Assembly: GCA_002269645.1 (NCBI GenBank)
Contig: NIVC01000172.1
Coordinates: 1-64,000 of the forward strand
Length of the DNA: 64,000 nucleotides
Reading direction: 5' to 3'
DNA from: Macrostomum lignano
Lineage: Eukaryota
Part shown: positions 49,150 through 60,388 of the stretch, one piece after another
Position numbering within the stretch: position 1 is the stretch's first letter
Layout: each line of letters opens with the position of its first letter
The notes under the pieces: generated by a model
Seen by the model: only the letters and a program-made list of their open reading frames with translations
Database searches by the model: none
What the model was told of the DNA's origin: nothing
Translations under genes and position numbers: made by a program

Positions 49150-52100
49150 AGTCTAACTGGGCGATTCTAAATGCAGTTTGGGGCGATTCTAAATGCAGTC
49201 TGAGGGCGATTCTAAATGCAGTCTAAGGGCGATTCTGAATGCAGTCTAAGGGCGATTCTAAATGCAGTCTAAGGGCGATTCTAAATGCAGTCTGAGGGCG
49301 ATTCTAAATGCAGTCTAAGGGCGATTCTAAATGCAGTCTGAGGGCGATTCTAAATGCAGTCTAAGGGCGATTCTAAATGCAGTCCAAGGGCGATTCTAAA
49401 TGCAGTCTGAGGGCGATTCTAAATGCAGTCTGAGGGCGATTCTAAATGCAGTCCAAGAGCGATTCTAAATGCAGTCCAAGGGCGATTCTGAATGCAGTCT
49501 GAGGGCGATTCTAAATTGAGGGCGATTCTAAATGCAGTCCAAGGGCGATTCTAAATGCAGTCCAAGGGCGATTCTGAATGCAGTCTGAGGGCGATTCTAA
49601 ATGCAGTCTGAGGGCGATTCTAAATGCAGTCTAAGGGCGATTCTAAATGCAGTCTAAGGGCGATTCTAAATGTAGTCTGAGGGCGATTCTAAATGCAGTC
49701 TGAGGGCGATTCTAAATGCAGTCTGAGGGCGATTCTAAATTGAGGGCGATTCTAAATGCAGTCTAAGGGCGATTCTAAATGCAGTCCAAGGGCGATTCTG
49801 AATGCAGTCTGAGGGCGATTCTAAATTGAGGGCGATTTTAAATGCAGTCCAAGGGCGATTCTGAATGCAGTCTGAGGGCGATTCTAAATGCAGTCTAAGG
49901 GCGATTCTAAATGCAGTCTGAGGGCGACTCTAAATGCAGTCTGAGGGCGATTCTAAATGCAGTCTGAGGGCGATTCTAAATGCAGTCTAAGGGCGATTCT
50001 AAATGCAGTCTAAGGGCGATTCTAAATGCAGTCTGAGGGCGATTCTAAATGCAGTCTGAGGGCGATTCTAAATGCAGTCTAAGGGCGATTCTAAATGCAG
50101 TCTAAGGGCGATTCTAAATGCAGCCAAAGGGCGATTCTAAATGCAGTCTGAGGGCGATTCTAAATGTAGTCAAAGGGCGATTCTAAATGCAGTCTGAGGG
50201 CGATTCTAAATGCAGTCTAAGGGCGATTCTAAATGCAGTCTGAGGGCGATTCTAAATGCAGTCTGAGGGCGATTCTAAATGCAGTCTGAGGGCGATTCTA
50301 AATGCAGTCTAAGGGCGATTCTAAATGCAGTCTGAGGGCGATTCTAAATGCAGTCTGAGGGCGATTTTAAATGCAGTCTAAGGGCGATTTTAAATGCAGT
50401 CTGAGGGCGATTCTAAATGCAGTCTGAGGGCGATTTTAAATGCAGTCTAAGGGCGATTCTAAATGCAGTCTAAGGGCGATTCTAAATGCAGTCTGAGGGC
50501 GATTCTAAATGCAGTCTGAGGGCGATTTTAAATGCAGTCTAAGGGCGATTCTAAATGCAGTCTGAGGGCGATTCTAAATGCAGTCTAAGGGCGATTTTAA
50601 ATGCAGTCTGAGGGCGATTTTAAATGCAGTCTGAGGGCGATTCTAAATGCAGTCTAAGGGCGATTCTAAATGCAGTCTAAGGGCGATTCTAAATGTAGTC
50701 TGAGGGCGATTCTAAATGCAGTCTGAGGGCGATTCTAAATGCAGTCTGAGGGCGATTCTAAATGCAGTCTGAGGGCGATTCTGAATGCAGTCTAAGGGCG
50801 ATTCTAAATGTAGTCTGAGGGCGATTCTAAATGCAGTCTGAGGGCGATTCTAAATGCAGTCTGAGGGCGATTCTAAATGCAGTCTGAGGGCGATTCTAAA
50901 TGCAGTCTAAGGGCGATTCTAAATGCAGTCTAAGGGCGATTCTAAATGTAGTCTGAGGGCGATTCTAAATGCAGTCTGAGGGCGATTCTAAATGCAGTCT
51001 GAGGGCGATTCTAAATGCAGTCTGAGGGCGATTCTGAATGCAGTCTAAGGGCGATTCTAAATGTAGTCTGAGGGCGATTCTAAATTGAGGGCGATTCTAA
51101 ATGCAGTCTGAGGGCGATTCTAAATGCAGTCTAAGGGCGATTCTAAATGCAGTCTGAGGGCGATTCTAAATGCAGTCTAACGGCGATTCTAAATGCAGTC
51201 TAAGGGCGATTCTAAATGCAGTCTGAAGGCGATTCTAAATGCAGTCTAAGGGCGATTCTAAATGCAATCTGAGGGCGATTCTAAATGCAGTCTGAGGGCG
51301 ATTCTAAATGCAGTCTAAGGGCGATTCTAAATGCAGTCTGAGGGCGATTCTAAATGCAGTCTGAGGGCGATTCTAAATGCAGTCTGAGGGCGATTCTAAA
51401 TCCAGTCTGAGGGCGATTTTAAATGCAGTCTAAGGGCGATTCTAAATGCAGTCTGAGGGCGATTCTAAATGCAGTCTGAGGGCGATTCTAAATGCAGTCT
51501 AAGGGCGATTCTAAATGCAGTCTGAGGGCGATTCTAAATGCAGTCTGAGGGCGATTCTAAATGCAGTCTGAGGGCGATTCTAAATGCAGTCTGAGGGCGA
51601 TTCTAAATGCAGTGTGAGGGCGATTCTAAATGCAGTCTGAGGGCGATTCTAAATGCAGTCTGAGGGCGATTCTAAATGCAGTCTGAGGGCGATTCTAAAT
51701 GCAGTCTAAGGGCGATTCTAAATCCAGTCTGAGGGCGATTTTAAATGCAGTCTAAGGGCGATTCTAAATGCAGTCTGAGGGCGATTCTAAATGCAGTCTG
51801 AGGGCGATTCTAAATGCAGTCTAAGGGCGATTCTAAATGCAGTCTGAGGGCGATTCTAAATGCAGTCTGAGGGCGATTCTAAATGCAGTCTGAGGGCGAT
51901 TTTAAATGCAGTCTGAGGGCGATTCTAAATGCAGTCTAAGGGCGATTCTAAATGCAGTCTGAGGGCGATTCTAAATGCAGTCTAAGGGCGATTCTAAATG
52001 CAGTCTGAGGGCGATTCTAAATGCAGTCTGAGGGCGATTCTAAATGTAGTCTGAGGGCGATTCTAAATGCAGTCTAAGGGCGATTCTAAATGCAGTCTGA

Positions 52101-53556
52101 GGGCGATTCTAAATGCAGTCTGAGGGCGATTCTAAATGCAGTCTGAGGGCGATTCTGAATGCAGTCTAAGGGCGATTCTAAATGTAGTCTGAGGGCGATT
52201 CTAAATGCAGTCTGAGGGCGATTCTAAATGCAGTCTGAGGGCGATTCTAAATGCAGTCTGAGGGCGATTCTAAATGCAGTCTAAGGGCGATTCTAAATGC
52301 AGTCTAAGGGCGATTCTAAATGTAGTCTGAGGGCGATTCTAAATGCAGTCTGAGGGCGATTCTAAATGCAGTCTGAGGGCGATTCTAAATGCAGTCTGAG
52401 GGCGATTCTGAATGCAGTCTAAGGGCGATTCTAAATGTAGTCTGAGGGCGATTCTAAATTGAGGGCGATTCTAAATGCAGTCTGAGGGCGATTCTAAATG
52501 CAGTCTAAGGGCGATTCTAAATGCAGTCTGAGGGCGATTCTAAATGCAGTCTAACGGCGATTCTAAATGCAGTCTAAGGGCGATTCTAAATGCAGTCTGA
52601 AGGCGATTCTAAATGCAGTCTAAGGGCGATTCTAAATGCAATCTGAGGGCGATTCTAAATGCAGTCTGAGGGCGATTCTAAATGCAGTCTAAGGGCGATT
52701 CTAAATGCAGTCTGAGGGCGATTCTAAATGCAGTCTGAGGGCGATTCTAAATGCAGTCTGAGGGCGATTCTAAATCCAGTCTGAGGGCGATTTTAAATGC
52801 AGTCTAAGGGCGATTCTAAATGCAGTCTGAGGGCGATTCTAAATGCAGTCTGAGGGCGATTCTAAATGCAGTCTAAGGGCGATTCTAAATGCAGTCTGAG
52901 GGCGATTCTAAATGCAGTCTGAGGGCGATTCTAAATGCAGTCTGAGGGCGATTCTAAATGCAGTCTGAGGGCGATTCTAAATGCAGTGTGAGGGCGATTC
53001 TAAATGCAGTCTGAGGGCGATTCTAAATGCAGTCTGAGGGCGATTCTAAATGCAGTCTGAGGGCGATTCTAAATGCAGTCTAAGGGCGATTCTAAATCCA
53101 GTCTGAGGGCGATTTTAAATGCAGTCTAAGGGCGATTCTAAATGCAGTCTGAGGGCGATTCTAAATGCAGTCTGAGGGCGATTCTAAATGCAGTCTAAGG
53201 GCGATTCTAAATGCAGTCTGAGGGCGATTCTAAATGCAGTCTGAGGGCGATTCTAAATGCAGTCTGAGGGCGATTTTAAATGCAGTCTGAGGGCGATTCT
53301 AAATGCAGTCTGAGGGCGATTCTAAATGCAGTCTGAGGGCGATTCTAAATGCAGTCTAAGGGCGATTCTAAATGCAGTCTGAGGGCGATTCTAAATGCAG
53401 TCTGAGGGCGATTCTAAATGTAGTCTGAGGGCGATTCTAAATGCAGTCTAAGGGCGATTCTAAATGCAGTCTGAGGGCGATTCTAAATGCAGTCTGAGGG
53501 CGATTCTAAATGCAGTCTAAGGGCGATTCTAAATGCAGTCTGAGGGCGATTCTAAA
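49150..53556. repeat. 23-bp satellite (G/A)AGGGCGATTCTAAATGCAGTCT, ~4.4 kb, with a 1374-bp higher-order duplication
   Basis: About 190 units; rare variants recur at +1374 (e.g. aacgg at 51181 and 52555). Confidence 0.97.
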
Positions 53557-53918
53557 GACATTGCGTGCAATAAGTACTTGTGGCTTTTAACTCAAATTAT
53601 GTGAAAATACGTTTGTAGTGCCAGAAAGAATCAGCAGAAGGCGTGTCAATTTTTTATTTAAAAACTCCATAAAATCTTCTTTTAGCCATATAAAAGTGAA
53701 AAAATGAATAAATTGAGAAAAAATTTGGACAAACAATCAGCGGAGAAAATCAAAGCTGATTTCTAAGAAATATTGGGTATTTCAAAAACTTAAGGCGCTT
53801 ACTTTAGAAAGGGTAAAACACAGGTGTTTCTTTTTTCTATGTAGTAATATTTGCCACTTGCTACTTAATTCAATGAACAGTAGTTTTTAAAAATCGTTTA
53901 ATCACAGGAAGAAAACGC

Positions 53919-56900
53919 TTAATTTCGAAACATCAATTTCGAATCATCGCTCGGCCGTTCGGCCAGTCCGAACGCGGCAAATCGTCCCGACTGCAGCAGA
54001 ACAACCGCGGCTGACGAACCCGCCAGCAGTCGAACCAGTTTAGCGGCACCGGCTGTTTGAAACCGGCACAAAGGTTTGGCGCCCTGCCAAACTCTGAGGG
54101 TGCCATCCCGAGAGGCTGTGACCGATATGCCAGCCTCTGCCGCTGTGTCCAAACAGACCATCTTGATATAATAAAGCAGAGATGCAATATTAGTTGGTTG
54201 AAATACTCTTCACTGATCAGCATCTCTAACCCCTAAAAATACACCAACAAACCTTTGTAATGCTTTTAGTACACCTATCAAAATGGATATCGCTAAAAGT
54301 ACATCAATTAACATCTCTATGCCTAAAAGTACATCAATAAACATCTGTAATCCCTTAAAAGTACACCAATTGATCATCTCTAATCTTGAAAAGTACACAA
54401 ATCAACATATCTAATGGTTAAAAGTACATCAATACATCTCTATCCCTAAAAGTACACAAAGCAACATCTCTAATCCCTAAAAGTACATCAGTCAACATCT
54501 CTATCGTTAAAAGTACACAATAAAATTCTTACTCTATAAAGTACATAAAAACCTTTAATCCTTAAAAGTACAACCCATCAAAGGCCTAAAAAAGCCATAG
54601 AAACGCACCGGACTCTCTTCAGCCTCCAGCCGCATCAAGCAGTCAAACTGTGCATCCTCGGGCAGCCAACCCCAAAACCCGGCGCGACCGTCAGCGCCGC
54701 AGGTGGCAACCAGGCAATCGCGTAGGCATCGCACACTGGCCACGCCTCCAGCCGCTGACGAATGAGCGCCGAGTGCAACTGTCAGAAATTTTCGGCGATT
54801 GATGGTTCTAGTTTTCGAAGCTGTCGCCGCAACAGAAGAAGCTTTTAGAGCCGTGGGCAACTCGGCCGCCACTCTGTAGGCATCCAGTGGCTGTAGAAAT
54901 GCAGTCATTAAGGTGGCGGATTAAGTATGAGCGAGTTCAACCAAAACAAAAAACGGCCCTTTTAAGGGTATTATTTTATTTTAACAACCTTAACTCTAAC
55001 CCAGTGTAACAATGCATATCTGCAAGACAATTCTGCCCATTCCGCTGACACACGCTCACACAGGATGTACAGCGGCAATTTGACTTTCGAATAATCAGGC
55101 ATGGACACTCTGTGTGCCTTGGGGGTTGGCCCTCACGGCTGTGAATCGCACGACAACCCCCTTAACCAAAGCCTTGCCTGAAAAGCCAGCAGGTCGCCGC
55201 TCCGGAGCCCAATAACTGCAGCGGCTTCGCTGTCGGCAAAAAACTGCACGCAATCTTCGCTGGAAATTCCTCCAGCAGACGCGATGCCGGACTTCAAAGG
55301 CACCGCCGAGCCTTTGGCGGCTCGGTCGCCTCGAGCGTCGACAAGGGACCACACGGAGAAGCTGCGCAGGCTGTCCAGCGATATCGCATGCCGAGAGTCC
55401 GGTGAGAGAACCAGCTCAGGTGCGGTGACTGGATAAATTGTAGGGATAAAACAATAAAAAACTCCCTCTGGTATAAATGCTTCAAAAGTTCTTTTATGCT
55501 CGAAATATTAACAAGATGACTAACTGAACTCAATAGAATATGAATAGTTGAGTTACACTGGAGTGGAAATGATTAGATTGAAACATTTGGATTAGAGCGG
55601 AATTGAATTGGAATGAATTGGAACATTGGATTGGAACATTTTGGATGGATTGGATTGGATTGAATCGGATTGGAATGGGTTGGATTGGGGTGGGTTGGGA
55701 TGGATTGGAATGGATTGGAATGGAATGGATTGGAATGGATTGGAATGAAATGGATTGGAATGGAATGGATTGTATTGGAATGGATTGTATTGGAATGGAT
55801 TGGAATGGATTGGAATTGTATAGATTGGAATGGATTGTAATGGAATGGAATGGATTGGATTGGAATGGAATGGATTTTATTGGAATGGATTGGAATGGAT
55901 TGGATTGGAATGGAATGGATTTTATTGGAATGGATTGGAATAGATTGGATTGGAATGGATTGGAATGGATTGTATTGGAATGGATTGGAATGGATTGTAT
56001 TGGAATGGATTGGAATGGAATGGATTAGAATGGAATGGATTGGAATGGAATGGATTGGAATGGATTGGATTGGAATGGAATTGATTTTATTGGAATGGAT
56101 TAAGATGGAATGGAATGGATTTTATTGGAATGGATTGGAATGGAATGGATTGGAATTCAATGGAATGGAATGGAGTGGATTGGAATGGATTGGAATGGAT
56201 TGGAATTGTATAGATTGGAATGGATTGGAATGGAATGGATTGTATTGGAATGGAATGGATTGTATTGGAATGGATTAAGATGGAATGGAATAAATTGGAA
56301 TGGAGTGGAGTGGACCCAACAGTATTTTATTGCTAAATGCATTGGATATTTTGACAAAGTCTATTCAGAATGACAGTGGAAATAATTTCCTGCACTGTCT
56401 CAGAAAAAAAGTACTGATCCAGAAATCAAGCTCCCAAAATTCGCACGGACTCACCCTGTTCAGCAGCCCCCAATCCAGCACCGGGGAAGTCCACAGTCTG
56501 AACCAGCTGCAACGATTGGCCACCATCGCCCGCCCCAAGCTCGTACAGGTGGCAACGCCTGGCGCCACCAGCTGCCTCAATCAACACCAAATGGCTCCCG
56601 GTCGCTCGAATCCAACGCATCCCGGCTGACAAGCGTCGTTTCGAAGCCATTCGACGCCGTTCAAGCAGGTGAAACACAACTACAGCAGCCTTGGCGCTGT
56701 CACAGTCGTCTTCCACGGCCTCCTTGACAAGCAGAGCGGCAAGCGGTTGCTGTTCAGACACGAGAATATCTACGCCAATCAACCTGAGACGACTCCGGTT
56801 GCCTACAGGCGCTCTTGAAGACGGTGAAGCTCCGTTCTGTTCGGCGAGCATGTCCGTGGCTGAGCTCATGCTGGCCGCCTCTCTGGACACCTGCGAGTTT

Positions 56901-59900
56901 GATTTATATAGCAATATAAAAGTGAGATTTCACCTCGCGACAGGCCAGGACTGACTACTGACTAGTAGCCACTTTTGACTGAACATTTCTAGTAATAGTT
57001 AGCTGGTATTATTTTAAAACTTTGTTCACGAAATAAACTTAACTTAAGCTATGTGATCTGATTTGGGATCTGTGCTATGGGATTTGAGCTATGGGATCTG
57101 TGCTATGGGATTTGAGCTATGGGATATCAGCTATGGGATTTGAGCTATGGGATCTGAGCTATGGGATTTGAGCTATGGGATCTGTGCTATGGGATTTGAG
57201 CTATGGGATATCAGCTATGGGATTTGAGCTATGGGATTTGAGCTATGGGATCTGAGCCAAGGGATTTTATATGGGATCTAAGCTATGAGATTTGAGCTAT
57301 GGGATCTGTGCTATGGGATCTGTGCTATGGGATTTGAGCTATATGATATCAGCTATGGGATTTGAGCTATGGGATCTGTGCTATGGGATCTGTGCTATGG
57401 GATCTGTGCTATGGGATCTGAGCTATGGGATCTGTGCTATGGGATCTGTGCTATGGGATTTGAGCTATATGATATCAGCTATGGGATTTTAGCTATTGGA
57501 TCTGTGCTATGGGATCTGTGCTATGGGATCTGAGCTATGGGATCTGTGCTATGGGATCTGTGCTATGGGATCTGAGCTATATGATATCAGCTATGGGATT
57601 TTAGCTATTGGATCTGTGCTATGGGATCTGTGCTATGGGATCTGAGCTATGGGATCTGTGCTATGGGATCTGTGCTATGGGATCTGAGCTATGGGATTTG
57701 AGCTATGGGATCTGTGCTATGGGATCTGTGCTATGGGATTTGAGCTATGGGATCTGTGCTATGGGATCTGTGCTATGGGATTTGAGCTTTGGGATCTGTG
57801 CTATGGGATCTGTGCTATGGGATCTGTGCTATGGGATCTGAGCTATGGGATTTGAGCTATGGGATGGGATTTAAGCTATGGGATTTGAGCTATGGAATTT
57901 GAGCTATGGGATTTGAGCTATGGGATTTGAGCTAGGGGATTTGAGCTATGGGATTTGAGCTATGGGATTTGAGCTATAAGACCTGATATGGGATCTGAGC
58001 TATGAGATTTGAACTATGAGATTTGAGCTATGGGATTTAACCTCTTCCGAACTGAAGAGGATTTTATTCATCTCCGTTCCGGTCGGATGGTAAGCAGCGC
58101 TTACCATAGACTATTCCTTTCAGCAGAATAGTTTGCTAAGTCTGTGGTCATTCCAGTCTGATAAAAAGACATTGACTATGAATAAGGCCCAAAACTAAGT
58201 CTCCATAAACTAACATAGAAAGTTTTACAGCTGAAGATTATGGCTGCACTCATGGAAGAATTTGAAAGTTTTTCCGATTCGGACTTAATGACGTCCGATG
58301 AAGAAGAATACATCATGTCAGAGGACGATTATGGTGAGTCGGACGGCCAGAGCACTGCCGAAGAGACGGAAGAGCTGTCTTGGCATTCTGTAGTTGCTGG
58401 GCATGACGTGCAAGCGAATGTGCACGAGTTTCTAGGGACACCTGGACTGAATCCAGGAATTTGCGTACCTGGTGATGTTGAGCAGGCAACGTCCTTTTTT
58501 CTCGGTCTTTTTTTGTCCAATAGCCTTTTCGAAGACCTGGCAAAATGGACTAATCGAAGAGCCTGGGCGGCGATCCACTCTGTCAATGTCAACGACCTGC
58601 CTCGGAGTTTTGCGCAATGGAGAGATTGCAGTGCGAATGAAGTAAAGAAAATGTTAGGAATGTGCCTTTACATGGGTTCCAATAAAAAGGCCGAAATGAA
58701 CGAGTACTGGAGCACAGACAGTTACTACAGTACGCCGTACTTTTAAGCACCTCAAGCTCTCTCTAGGGACCGCTTCAAGCAGCTACTTGGTCTGCTCCGT
58801 TTCTACGATTGCGCTGAGGATCCGATTGTCAACGATCCTCTCTTTAAGATCCGTCCGTTGCTGCAGGCTTTGAAAGAGGCTTGTATTAATGTGTACAGGC
58901 CCGAGGAGGATGTGAGCGTGGATGAGTCTTTGGTGCTGTACAAAGGTCGCCTGCGCTTTAAGCAATATATTCCAACGAAGCGGGCTAAGTACGGAATAAA
59001 GCTATATTGTGCATGTGAGGCCAAATCAGGCTACCTGTACAACTTCCGCGTTCACTCGACCCCAGAGGAGAACCGCCGGTTCGATGAACAGTTGCAGGGA
59101 GACAATCTGTCCTTCAGCGAGAAGATTGTTGTTGAGCTCTGCTACAACTTGTTGCACCAAGGCTACCGCATCTTTGTCGATAAATGGTTCGGTTCCTATC
59201 GGCTGTCAGAGTACCTGCTGACTCAAGGAACGCACCTGACTTGTACCGTCCGGGCCGACCGAGGTGTGCCGATTGAGCTCAGACAGCTGCACGTTCCACC
59301 TAACGACGTCGCCTTCATGCGCAAAGACGGGGTGCTGGCTGTCAAGATCGTTGAACGAAAGGAGAGTGGCCTGAAGACTCTGTATTTGCTGGACACGAAA
59401 GAGGCGGCTGAGAGGGTTCAAACCAGACGCGTGGTTCGTGGAGGAGCAGAAACAGTTGTGCAGAAGAGCAGGTCAGTTCTCACCTACAATCGGTGCATGG
59501 GTGGTGTTGACAGAATGGACAGTCATCTACAGCCTCATCTGCCAGGGAGGAAAACTACAAAGTGGTTTTTGAAGCTCGGCTTGCATCTTTTTCTTTAAAT
59601 GATTCGCAACGCTTGGATTGTGTACAGCCGGTGCGGTGGAGAGAAGACGTTCGCCAAGTTTCTTGAGGCCAGCATTCGGGAGCTGGTGGAGCGTACCGGA
59701 ACGAGCAGGAAGCGCCCGGCCGCTGGCATCCAGGCCGCTCCAGGTGGCCCAGTCAGTCCGCATTTTCCAACGAAGATTGTGGCGCGGGACAGTCAGCCAA
59801 GACCAACAAAGCGCTGTCGTGTCTGCTACAGAGCTGGAAGCAGCAAGCGCACGATCTACTGCTGCCCTGAGTGTCCAGGGGAACCGGGGCTCTGCTTGGA

Positions 59901-60356
59901 AGCCTGCTTTCAGCAGTGGCATGCCTGATCTTCGACTGCGATTTGGACCAAGTCTGCCTTAATGAATCTATTTGAAGGCAACTGTTCACTCGAACTTAGT
60001 CAAAATATAATGCAAGTCAGTATATTTTAATGTAGTTTGTAAGTTTACTGAGTTATTATGTTTATTTAAAGTTTAAAGTTGTCTAACACATATCACAATG
60101 TTCTTTTTTGCGTTTTGGAGTACTTTTGCATCTAAATGTACGATCTGTACGACCTGCTTACTTTTGTTTTACTTTGTTAAAATATTTTTCGTATGATTTT
60201 TTCTTCAGTCGAGTTGTTTCCAGACCGTGAATAATCTGTAGCAGATTTCAACCAACTGCGGTATAAAAGGCAAATGACAAATTTTTTATTTGGAAGGATA
60301 AAAGTAAAGCTAGTTCCTTTTTGAATAAATATTTGTCCATGACCCCTAATGGCTGA

Positions 60357-60388
<32 letters not shown>

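Noticed and set aside
55570-56312. (GGAAT)n as a homologue of human satellite II/III
   Set aside because: A pentanucleotide repeat arises easily by convergence; no evidence of homology or centromeric context.
58744-59598. Programmed read-through or a variant genetic code for the two TAA codons in the transposase
   Set aside because: TAA terminates ordinary genes in this window (dynein light chain, GLUT); simple nonsense mutation is more parsimonious.
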